Assembly (NCBI RefSeq): GCF_030028105.1
Contig: NC_092390.1
Coordinates: 7,006,001-7,070,000, forward strand
DNA length: 64,000 nt
Direction: 5' to 3'
From: Mobula birostris
Lineage: Eukaryota
The first letter of the stretch is position 1, and each line of letters begins with the position of its first letter. The notes beneath the pieces were generated by a model, which saw nothing but the letters and a program-made list of their open reading frames with translations, did no database searches and was not told where the DNA came from. Made by a program: the position numbers and the translations under genes. Positions 49,588 through 61,030 of this stretch are shown here, piece after piece.

Positions 49588-49968
49588 GTGGGTGGCGGGA
49601 TGGAGATACGCCTCTACCGAAGGAGGTGTAAGATGCTCCTCCCTTTTGCGAGCCTGCAGGTCACCCTTGGAAAAGGTGTAGCACCTGCTTAGCCCCCTGA
49701 ACAGGGTCACCTGAAGCCATGGGAGCAGGTGGTGGATGGTCATATGAGCAGTTGGTGCATCTCACAAGTCCTGGTTATGTGACTATTGATGCCAGACAGA
49801 CAGTCTCTGAAGAGTATTGATAATGACTGGGGAGGGGTCACCTGTCTTGTAAAGACACTGCCCAGAAGAAGGCAATGGCAAACCAGTTCTGTAGGAAAGT
49901 TTGCCAAGAACGATCAAGTCATGTAGACCATGATCACCCACATCATATGACACTGCACATGGTGATGA
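49588..49968 (+). mobile_element. Short RTE-related retroelement (copy 2 of 3)
   Basis: Collinear with 10811-11125; aagaca occurs at both flanks (possible TSD). Confidence 0.75.
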
Positions 49969-50509
49969 AGACACAGATAATTTTTTTGCCCTGTAAGGAG
50001 TAAGATCGGTAGCTGGGACTGAGACCACAACCAGATGAGCTCGGCTCAATGGGTCACATGGCCTCGTCCTGCTCCGAATTATTTATGTTCTTATGACACG
50101 ACAGATGCTATAATCTGCAGCAATCACAATCTTGACAACATTATCACATCATTCAACATCATTAATCACCCCAGGCCTCTTGTTAATAATTCTACACGCC
50201 AAACTCTTCCCATGATGATGTAATTACATCATCCAATGTTAATGCTACACATATGACATCTTCATACAAAGTGATAGGTGCCATCATTACATAACTTTTT
50301 TTACTTTTATATATCAAAATAAACTTTATTCATAATAAATTATTTGCAAGAAATAACTGAGCAGTGCCTTTTTATTCTTACATTCATAGACAATGAGGTA
50401 AGTACTGTTCTATGGCATTCCTTAAGACCAATAGGATTGTTGCCACTCATGTGCCCCCCCCCCCAGGGTGCTATATTACTACAGTAACTGAGAGGCTTCT
50501 TCACCAACC

Positions 50510-51296
50510 ACTTTGGTGGCAAGAACAGGAAGGCAGATTACTATCTGAATGGTGTCAAGTTAGGAAAAGGGAAGTACAATGAGATCTAGGCGTCCTTGTT
50601 CATCAGTCACTGAAAGTAAGCATGCAGGTACAGCAGGCAGTGAAGAAAGCTAATGGCATGTTGGCCTTCATAACAAGGGGAGTTGAGTATAGGAGCAAAG
50701 AGGTCCTTCTGCAGTTGTACAGGGTTCTGGTGAGACCACACCTGGAGTATTGTGTACAGTTTTGGTCTCCAAATTTGAGGAAGGACATTCTTGCTATTGA
50801 GGGAGTACAGCGTAGATTCACGAGGTTAATTCCCAGGATGGTGGGACTGTCATATGTTGAAAGATTGGAGTGACTAGGCTTGTATACACTGGAATTTAGA
50901 AGGATGAGAGGGGATCTGATTGAAACATATCAGGTTATTAAGGGATTGGACACACTAGAGGCAGGAAACATGTTCCCGATGTTGGGGGGAGTCCAGAACC
51001 AGAGGCCACAGTTTAAGAATAAGGTGGAGACCATTTAGAATGGAGTTGAGGAAAAACTTTTTTACACAGAGGGTTGTGGTTCTGTGGAATGTTCTGCCTC
51101 AGAAGGCAGTGGAGGCCAATTCTCTGGATTCTTTCAAGAAAGAGTTAGATAGAGCTCTTAAAGACAGTGAAGTGAAGGGATATGGGGAGAAGGCAGGAAA
51201 AGGGTACTGATTGTGGATGATCAGCCATGATCATGGTGAATGGCAGTGCTGGCTCAAAGGGCTGAATGACCTACTCCTGCACCTATTGTCTATTGA
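50510..51296 (+). mobile_element. CR1 3' fragment
   Basis: ORF 50622-50873 AVKKANGMLAFI...LVRPHLEYCVQFWSP; tail cctattgtctattg. Confidence 0.92.
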
Positions 51297-51524
51297 CCCA
51301 ACCTCTCCATGCCCATTACTCGAATAACCTTATACTGTGATTCTTCCCCACTGAGCCCTTGCTGTGAGTTACAGTGCATCCCTCAGGACAAACTCCTGCA
51401 GGATTTCTCTGCGGACATCTCGACGAGTAGGCAGAACAAGGGGGCATCTTTCGCTCTTGATGATCTGCCAGCAGCACTTCATGTCCCTCTATCCCTAGGA
51501 ACAGCCCATAGATCTGAGTTCAAA

Positions 51525-52090
51525 GTAAAATTTATTATCAGAGTACATACAATCCTGAAATTCTTTTTCTGTGTTCCTGCTTAGCAAATCTATAAAACAG
51601 TAACTGTAAACTAACTGTGCAACTGCAGATATAAATAAATAGCAATGGATAATAAGCATAAAATAACAATATAACAGAGTCCTTAAATGAGTGCAGTTAT
51701 CCTCTTTTGTTCAAGTTGAGGGGTAGAAACTGTTCTTGAACCTGGTGGTGCAAGTCCTGAGGCTCCTGTACCTTCTACCTGTTGGCAGCAGCTAGACTAG
51801 AGCGTGGCCTGGGTGGTGAGGATCTTTGGATGCTGTTTTTCTACGACAACATTTCATGTAGATGTGCTCAATGGTTGGGAGGGTTTTACCTGTGATGTAC
51901 TGGGCGGAATCCACTACCTTTTATAGGATTTTCCGCTCAAATGCATTGGTGTTCCCATACCAGACTGTAAACCAGCCAGTGCACACTCTCCACCACTCAT
52001 CTGTAGAAGTTTGCCAGAGTTTTCGAGGACATGTTGAACCTCTGCAGACTCCTGAGGAAGTAGAGGCGCTGTCGTGCTTTCTTCACAAAT
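51525..52090 (-). mobile_element. Rex1/Babar-type LINE 3' fragment
   Basis: Collinear with 29890-30930. Confidence 0.8.
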
Positions 52091-52369
52091 GCTGTTTATA
52101 TGATAAGAATGCCCTCTGCCAAGCAGCTGCTGGGGATGAAGCATGACACAGGCCTCTGCACTCCCTCTTCGCACACCCACAGTCTGTAAAGTGGTGAACA
52201 ACCGCCTCATCCCACTAGTGATCTCACAGGCAGTACATGGTGGGAGTCATGCTCCTGGCCTTCGATATATCATGCCATGATATTATATCAAGCCGATCAG
52301 TTTCAGCTAATTTCCTGTGCAATTAATTCCTCGTTGGCAGACCTCAATAAGTGAAGATTGATAATTATA

Positions 52370-53385
52370 TCTCCTCCTCACTGACTGAAACACCTATGCT
52401 ATTATCTGTCTATCTATATATATATACCATTTATTACAAATTACTACAATTTGCACATTGCACATTCAGACAGAGATGTTACATAAAGATTTTTACTCCT
52501 CATGTATGTGAAGGATGTGAGAAATAAAGTCAATTCAATTCAATGTACGCGCATGACTGTGTGGCTGAGCACAACTCCAGAGCCATATACAAAATTTGAC
52601 AAAGATACCACTTTGGCTGAACAAATCACAGGTGCTGATAAGTCAGCTTGCAAGAGGGACATAGGGCACCTGGTTAAGTGGTGCCACAACAACAAACTCT
52701 TGCCCAACATTAGTACAACTAAAGAGCTGATTTTTGACTTCAGGAAAGGGAAGGAGAACCATCACGTGCCAATCGGAATTAGTGCGTTGACAGTGGAGAG
52801 AGTCAGCGACTTTAAATTCCTGGATGATCTCTTCTGAGTCCAGCAGCCACAAGGAAGGTGCGCCAGCATCTTTCTTAGGAGGTTAAGGAGGTGTGCTTAT
52901 CATCAAACACTCTACCAAACTTCTGCAGGTGGACTGTTGAAAGTATTTTGTCTGGTAGCATCATGAGCTGGTACGGTAATTTAAATGCGCTAGGACAGAA
53001 AAAGCAGCAGAGAAGATCGGGAGTATCTACCGGGGGTGCTGCCTCCACCACCCGGGCCAGGCAGCTGCCATTGGGCAGGAGGGGTAGAAACCCAGAGACC
53101 CACTCCAACAAGTGCAGGAACAGTGACCTCCCTTCAACTATTCGGTCTTGAACCCTAATCACTACCTCAGTATCGTGATACTTTGACCGCTTTGCACTAC
53201 AATAATCTTTATTTTTTGGTTCCAATTGTACAATTTGTGTATAATTTATATATAACTGCTTTAATTTATGCTCTTCTTCTGAGTGTTGTGTCTCCAGTAC
53301 CACATGCACCAGCAAGTTAAGTGTCTCACTGCACCTGTGCATGCAGGTTCTACTGCATATAGTAGTAATTCTGACTTGACTAAAC
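52370..53385 (+). mobile_element. Rex1/Babar-type RT fragment with an inserted short tail (~52410-52543)
   Basis: KFDKDTTL...LVKWCHNNKLLPNISTTKELIFDFRK and TVESILSGSIMSWYGN. Confidence 0.8.
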
Positions 53386-54046
53386 ATTACTCCAGCAACA
53401 GGGTCAACAAGGCTGATTCACCTGGCCACAGCAATACTTGACATTTCGATTTTGCTGAATGATTTTTCCGATATAACTCGTAGCTCATATTTTTTCACCT
53501 CCAAAACCGTTTTCATAATTTACAATCATTTTCATTCATAATTAAGGTGAACCTCTTCCTGGTTTTCTGCAGAGTTGTTCACATCAGGAGGAGCCAGCCT
53601 CAACCTCTCCCACAATCCACAGCTACTTCTCTTGGCTGACAAATTAAAGACTAATCTGGGGCTCTTATTTCTGTTCGCTGCTTTGCTGATTTACCTCTCT
53701 AACTGAAGACTTTCTGGGCAGATTAGAGCAGAGCAAGTGAGTAGTTCCCCTGTACGTGCATACTCCTTTACAAGAGGGGGAAAAAAGGCAACAGGTGCTC
53801 AAGAGTGCATAAAATATATTCACAGAGAGAGATGCACATGCACACACACACACACACACACACACATGCATGCACATCAGCAGTTTAAGTATACACACAG
53901 CTTAAACACACACGATACACGATTTACACATGGGAAACTGGAGGAACTCAGAAAGTCAGGTAGGATCAATGGAGGGGCTATTGCCTCATTTTCCTGTAAA
54001 TGCCTGCAAGAAAATGAATCACAAGGTGGTACATTGACATATATAT

Positions 54047-54505
54047 GAAATGGAAGTCGGACATTTGATACATCCTTTAAATTTGAGCAAATCTGGCGAC
54101 CTTTTATCCAATATTTTCATCTAATTTGATTTATTACTCTTTCAATCTTTTTCTTCCGAAGTTTTAAATTTGATCAGAAAGTCTTTCTTTCTTTTTTTTT
54201 GGTCGTATCCGCAAAATGGACTGCCCAGTCCCTTTTTTTGGGTTTTTTTTTTGTTTTTTTTTCTTTAGTGTAGTGGTTTTTTTTTCTTTTCATTTAAAAC
54301 CCAATGCTTTTTCTTTTCTCTTCATATACTGATAAGAGGAGAATTGCTAGTTTCATTTTTTTTTATTATATATTTTATACTAGTTTAACAATATCTATGA
54401 TTTTGACAATGTCTATCTTAATCTCGGTTTATATTGTTACTGATATATATATATATTTGAGATAATTCTTGATTGTATTTATGCTTCTTTTAAATCAGTA
54501 AAATT
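54047..54505 (+). mobile_element. L1/Tx1-type LINE 3' fragment
   Basis: Encodes SRTFDTSFKFEQIWRPFIQYFHLI*, resembling the fish L1 ORF2 C-terminus, followed by a T-rich 3' UTR. Confidence 0.6.
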
Positions 54506-56255
54506 ATAATGGATAACAAAGAGATGGTGGAGGAACTGAATGAGTATTTTGCATCAGTCTTCACAGTGGAAGACATGAGCAATATACCTGATAGCCAGAG
54601 GTATCAGGGAATAGAATTAGGTACAGTGAAGATTACTAGAGAGAAAGTGCTTGGGAAGCTAAGTGGACTAAGAATAGATAAGTCTCCCTGTCTGGATGAG
54701 GTGCACCCAAGGGTTCTGAAGGAGGTGGCTTTGGAGATTGTGGAAGCATTGGAAAAGATCTTCCAGGAATCAATAGACTCTGGCATGGTTCCGGAGGACT
54801 GGAAGGTCGCAAATGTAGTTCTGCTATTTAAGAAAGGAAGGAGGCAGCAAAAAGAAAATTACAGACCTATTAGTCTGACATCGGTAGTTGGAAAGATATT
54901 GGAGTCAATCCTCAAGGATGAGGTTATGAAATACCTCGAGGTGCATGACAAGATAGGCCGAAGCCAGCATGGTTTCATGAAGGGAAGATCCTGCCTCACC
55001 AACCTACTGGAATTTTTTGAGATAATCTCAAATAAGATTGACAAGGGAGAGGCTGTGGATGTTGTGTATTTGGATTTTCAAAAGGCCTTCGATAAGGTGC
55101 CGCATATGAGGCTGCTTAATAAGATGAGAGCCCATGGAATTATAGGAAAGATATTGAAATGGGTGGAGCATTGGCTAATAGGCAGAAAGCAAAGGGTGGG
55201 AATAAAGGGATCCTAATCTGGTTGGTTGCCGGTTACTAGTGGTGTTCCACAGGGGTCGGTGTTGGGGCCGCTTCTTTTTACGATGTATATCGATGATTTG
55301 GATTATGGATTAAATGGTTTTGTGGCTAAGTTTGCGGATGACACCAAGATAGGTGAAGGAGCAGGAAATGTTGAAGAAACAGAAAGGTTGCAGAGAGACT
55401 TTGTCAGTTTAGGAGAGTGGGCAAAGAAATGGCAGGTGAGATACAACGTTGACAAATGTACAGTTGTACATTTTGGAAGAAGAAATAATTGGGCAGATTA
55501 TTATTTAGCTGGGGAGAAAATTCAAAAATCGGAAGTGCAAAGGGACTTGGGGGTCCTCGTGCAGGATACCCGAAAGGTTAACCACCAAGTTGGATCAGTG
55601 GTAAGGAAAGCGAATGCTATGTTGGCATTCATTTCAAGAGGAATAGTGTATAAGAGTAAGGAGGAGTTGATGAGGCTCTATGGGGCATTAGTGAGACCTC
55701 ATTTGGAATACTGTGTGCAGTTTTGGGCCCCCTATCTTAGAAAGGATGTACTGATGTTGGAGAGAGTTCAGAGAAGATTTACGAGGATGATTCCTGGAAT
55801 GCAGGGGCTAACATATGAGGAGCATTTGTCGGCTCTTGGACTGTATTCATTAGAGTATAGAAGAATGAGAGGGGATCTGATAGAAACGTTTCGAATGTTG
55901 AAAGGGTTGGACAGAGTAGATGTGGAAAGGTTGTTTCCCTTGGTGGGTGAGTCCAGGACAAGAGGCCATAGTCTTAGAATTAGAGCGTACCCAGTTAAAA
56001 CAGAGATGAGGAGAGATTTTTTTAGCCAGAGGGTCGTGGATTTGTGGAATTCGTTGCCACATACAGCTGTGGAGGCCCAATCATTGAGGGTGTTTAAGGA
56101 GGAGATTGACAGGTATCTAATTAGTCAGGGTATCAAGGGATATGGGGAAAAAGCCAGAAACTGGAACTAGATGGGCGAATAGTTCAGCTCATGGGGGAGC
56201 TGCGGGGCAGACTCGATGGGCCGAATGGCCTACTTCTGCTCCTTTGTCTTGTGAA
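54506..56255 (+). mobile_element. 5'-truncated CR1 LINE; RT ORF broken by a single in-frame stop
   Basis: ORFs 54509-55216 and 55226-56170 are in the same frame; YRPISLT, DFQKAFD, GVPQGSVLGP and FADD motifs. Confidence 0.95.
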
Positions 56256-58084
56256 GATTAATAAAGACATGCATAATAAATTTACTTTGAACTTTGAGAA
56301 ATGCTCTCCATTGTGCGTCCGTAGAAATGTTGCAAGTCTTTGGTGACAGGCGGAATCTCCTGAAATTCCTAATGAAATAGAGCCACTGATGTGACTTCTT
56401 TGGGCCCATCAACAGAAGGGCTAAGGGGGGAGGAAGGAGTCTGAAAGAGGATCTCAAGAGTAATTTGTTTACACTGAAGGCGAATGGTACTAGAGGATCT
56501 GATGGAATTCGATAGTTAACACATTTAAGATGATTTAGACAGACATTAAATAGGCAAGGCATAGAAGAATTTGGGCCTAGTGTGGGCAAATGGAATCAAC
56601 ATAACACAGCAAATCAGGCAGCATCTATGGAGAGGAATAAGCAGTCGATGTTTTGTGCCAAGGACTGGAAAGGAACAGGGAGGTAAGGGAGTACAAGCTG
56701 GCAGGTGATAGGTGAAACCAGGTGAGGGGAAGGTAGGTGAAGTAAGAAGCTGGGAAGTGAAGGGTAGCAGAGCTCCTCCAGTATTTTGTACATTGCTTTT
56801 AAGTCCAGGCTCAAAACTTACCTTTATTCACTAGCGTTTGAATCTTCCTGATGTGGCTGATTTTTGGCTTGTGCTTAGGCTCATGTGTGTTTATTTTGTG
56901 CCTGTAAGCTGTGTGCCTTGTTGTTTATATCTGTGTTTCTTGTATTTGTGATTTTAGCTACCTGTTATGGTTTGTATAGCACTTTGGTCAACATGGGCTG
57001 TTTTTAAATGTGCTTTAAAAATAAAATTGACTTGACTTGACTTGACTTCACAATGAATTGTGTTTACAGTTTACACAAAAATGATTGCTTAAACAGATAC
57101 CCAGTTTAAAAACACAAGCAGACAGAGTTACAGAGCTGGGATACAGGCCCTTTGACCCAAGCAGTCCATGGTCTCCACCAAGCTTGTCCCAGCTGTCCAC
57201 ATTGCGCCCATAAGCCTCTCAGCCCCACCCCTCCATGTATTTATCCAAGTTATTCATGTATTATATTTACGTAGCTGCCTCAACCACTACCACTGGCATC
57301 TAGGATCACACAAAGAATGCCCTACTTAATACACACACACACAACTAAGCACAAGTTGAAAATCATATACAGTTTACTCAGACACACACATGCATTTGCA
57401 TATGCACGCATACACAAGCATGCGCAGACAATTGCCTACATAAACACACAGCTGAGAGGAGTCATTGTCTCTGGGTGGAGGCAGCTGCTCCAATTTGCTG
57501 AACTCCAGACTCCTGCCTGCAGGATCTCTCCCCTTCGGAAACTGTTTAAGCAGAGGATGAACTGATTATTCCAATAGCCAGTTAATTATAAGGTGCAGGC
57601 CATCTTGAATTATTTATTTGAACTCAATCATTCCAGTGGTTCTTATAGCGCTGGGTTGATTAAAGAGAACTAGATGTGGTTTGGTCATTATGGGGAGAGG
57701 ATACGACCAGAAGTCTGCCCAATGTTCAGTGACTCTGAAGGTTAGAGTGGTTAGGCGAGGGCAGCAAGCTTTCTGCAGATGCACGTGGAGAGAACTCTGA
57801 CTGGTTGCATCACTACAGGTATGACTCCGCCAGTTCTATCTTGGGGCACAACCCTCCCCACTATCGAGGGCATCCTCAGGAGGGCTGCATTCATCATTAA
57901 GGACCCTCGTCATCTGGGCATGGCCACCTCTTACTGGAGCACCCGGAGGAAACCCACTCGGTCACAGGGAGAACACATAAACTCCTTACAGACAGCAGTG
58001 GAAATTGAACTCACCGGCGTTTGCTGGTGTTGTAAAACAATTGCACTAACTGCCACAACACATGCTGCCAATTTGCACAGAGCA

Positions 58085-58392
58085 AATGTCATCATGACCA
58101 GGTAATTAATGTTAACGAGATCACAGCCAAGTAATTTACATTAAAGTGACCGTGGCCAGGTAAACTGCGTTAAAATGATCACGGACAGATACTCTAAGTT
58201 AAAATGATCATGGACATGTAAACTACATTAAAGTGATCACGGACAGATAATCTAGGTTAAAGTGATGATGGCCAGGTAATCTGCATTAAAGTGACCGTGG
58301 CCAGGTAATCTATGTTAAAGTGACCATGGCCGGTTAATCTGTGTTAAAGTGACCATGGCCAGGTAATCTGCGTTAAAGTGACCATGGCTAGG
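58085..58392. repeat. 29-bp minisatellite, about 10.5 copies
   Basis: Consensus TTAAAGTGACCATGGCCAGGTAATCTGCG, head to tail without spacers. Confidence 0.95.
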
Positions 58393-58639
58393 TGCTCAGG
58401 CTTCCTACCATATTCCAAAGATGTATTGGTGAGAAGGTTTATTGGTGACATGGGTGTAATTGAGTGATGTAGGCTCGTTGGGCCAGAAGAACCTGTTGCC
58501 TGCTGTGTTTTGAAATTTAAAAAAAATTCTACATAAAGAAAGGCCCTTTGGCCCACAACGTCTGTGTGACCATGATGCCAATTCAACTAATTCAATGCAC
58601 ACAGCCTATATCCTGCAATGTGAGATGTTGTGTGCCTGT

Positions 58640-58875
58640 CTAGATGCCCCATCTACCCACCTTCCCTCTCCCCTGGTCTCACCTATCACCTTCTAGCTTG
58701 TACTGCTTCCCCTCGCCCTCCGTGTGTTTCTGTCACCTTCCCCCTTCCTTTCCAGTCCTGACAAAACTGTTGACTGTTTCTTCCTCTCCATAGACGCTGC
58801 CTGACCTGCTGAGCTCCTCCAGCATCTTGTGCATGTTACTCTGGATTTCCAGTATCTGCAAAATCTCTCGTGTTT
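58640..58875 (+). mobile_element. Penelope-like terminal fragment (hammerhead core partly deleted)
   Basis: ttccagtcctgacaaaactgttgactg...agacgctgcctgacctgctgagctcctccagc. Confidence 0.75.
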
Positions 58876-59149
58876 AGACTTAATCCAATTTGAAAAAGTC
58901 GGACAAGAAAATTGAGGAGATAAGAATTTCTGAAATGTGTTTAATATGAGAAAAGAAAAGAAAACGGGAGATTTTCTTGACCTTGTATTTCACAGTACAC
59001 CACCATTGAGCACATTTACAAGGAACATGGTCATAGGAAAGCAGCATCCAGCTCATGCTAGCTTCTCACTGCTGTCATTGGAAAGGAGGTACAGGAGCCT
59101 CATGTCCCACACCACCAGGCTCAGGAACAGTTATTACCCCTCAACCATC

Positions 59150-59373
59150 TGTGGAATTCTCTGCCACAGGAAACAGTTGAGGCCAGTTCATTGGCTATAT
59201 TTAAGAGGGAGTTAGATATGGCCCTTGTGGCTACGGGGGTCAGGGGGTATGGAGGGAAGGCTGGGGCGGGGTTCTGAGTTGGATGATCAGCCATGATCAT
59301 AATAAATGGCGGTGCAGGCTCGAAGGGCGGAATGGCCTACCCCTGCACCTATTTTCTATGTATGTTTCTATGT
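59150..59373 (+). mobile_element. CR1 3' fragment with AACCATC duplication, inside a triplicated Rex1 segment
   Basis: AACCATC at 59143-59149 and 59374-59380; ttctatg-type tail. Confidence 0.85.
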
Positions 59374-60640
59374 AACCATCAGGAAGGAGGTACCAGGAGC
59401 CTCAGGTCCCACACCACCAGGCTCAGGAACAGTTATTACCCCTCACCACCAGGAAGGAGGTACAGGAGCCTCAGGTCCCACACCGCCAGGCTCAGGAACA
59501 GTTATTAACCTTCAACATCAGGCTCCTGAACCAGCGTAGATAACTTCACTCACCTCAACACTGAACTGATTCTACAGCCTGTGGACTCACTTTCAAGGAC
59601 ACTACAACTCATGTTCTTGACATTATTTATTTATTATTTTATATTTGCACAGTTTGTCTTATTTTGCATAATGACAAAAACTTTTCAGCTTTTGTGTTTA
59701 GTTTTTCACCAATTCTATTGTATTTCTTTCTTCTACTGTGAATACCTGCAAGACAATGAATCCCCGGGTAGTATATGGTGACATATACACACTTCGATGA
59801 TAAATTTACTTTGAATTTAGAGTAGGGGTTCATTGCAGTATAGCGTGCTGATAGTCTGGGAGTGTACTTGTAAACCGCAGCATTATCTGTCCGTAAGGGA
59901 ATGTTCCACTAAAGCTTTCCCCCCACATTCAGAGCATGCACATCAGCTAAAATGCCCGTGAGCCCAGGAAAATCTCACGAGTTCAGCAGCATTTAAGACC
60001 AGAGAATTTCAACTAAATTTAACAAAATCAGCCCAGCAGTGATGAAAATAATTAATCTATTAATTAGTTAAGTGATCTCATTATGGAAATAATTCCTACC
60101 ACGGTAAATAATTAACATGATCATTGTACTGGAGGGTCTAAATTTGCAGACAATTTTGTCATTAGCTAAACGCAGCTGATTATGCAGATGAATGACTTCT
60201 CATGCATTCTGCAAGGATTAATGAAGAAGGCAATATAGAGTAAGTACTACCGTTCTGGATGCAGTACAGGGATTGAGAGAACAGAGGTTCATTTATTCAC
60301 TTCTTTGAAGAGGCCTGATTGAGCTGTTAACATGAGAACAACAGCACAGAAGTAGGCCATTTGTTTCAATCAACTGATGCTGCAATTGTGCTCCATCCCA
60401 AACTCTTCTTGCCACAACAAGCCTAATCCACCATTCTCTCTTCCCCCCCCCCCGATATACATTGAAACTTTTCAAACACTCCCACCAGTTAAGACATCAA
60501 TAAGATTGAAAGAACACAGAGAAAATTTACAAGGATTTTCCCAAGACTTGAGGATTTGATTTACAGGGAAAGATTGAATAGAGTGTAGGAGAATGAGGGG
60601 AGATTTGATAGAGATGTGCAAAAATATGGGGGTCATATGA

Positions 60641-61030
60641 CATCATCATGATGTGCCATGTCGTATGAGTTGTCGATCATGATCTTTCCATGACCATGAT
60701 TGTTCTTGGCAAATTTTTTTTACAGAAATAGTTTGCCATTGCCTTCATCTGGACAGTGTCTTTACATGACCGGTGACCCCAGCCATTATCAATTCTCTTC
60801 AGAGCTTGCCTGCCCGGCGTCAGTGGTCGTATGTCCAGGACTTGTGATGTGCACCAGCTGCTCGTACGATCATCCACCACCTGCCCCCATGGCTTCATGT
60901 GACGCTGATCGGGGTGGGGGATGGTGCTAAGCAGGTGCTGAACCTTGCCCAAGGGTGATCTGCAGTCTAGTGGAGGGAAGGAGCGCCTTATACTTCCTTT
61001 GGTAGAGACGTGTCTCCACCCCACCACCCA
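60641..61030 (-). mobile_element. Short RTE-related retroelement (copy 3 of 3), inserted in a CR1 remnant
   Basis: Reverse complement of 49588-49968. Confidence 0.75.

Noticed and set aside
49588-49710. HDV-like ribozyme at the 5' end of the RTE-related elements (also 44930 and 7700-7780)
   Set aside because: A P1-like pairing (gggtggc/gtcaccc) exists, but I could not build P3/L3/P1.1 by hand; unsupported without a descriptor search.
58085-58392. 29-bp periodic array as a CRISPR array
   Set aside because: Units are contiguous with no unique spacers, there are no cas genes, and the context is vertebrate.
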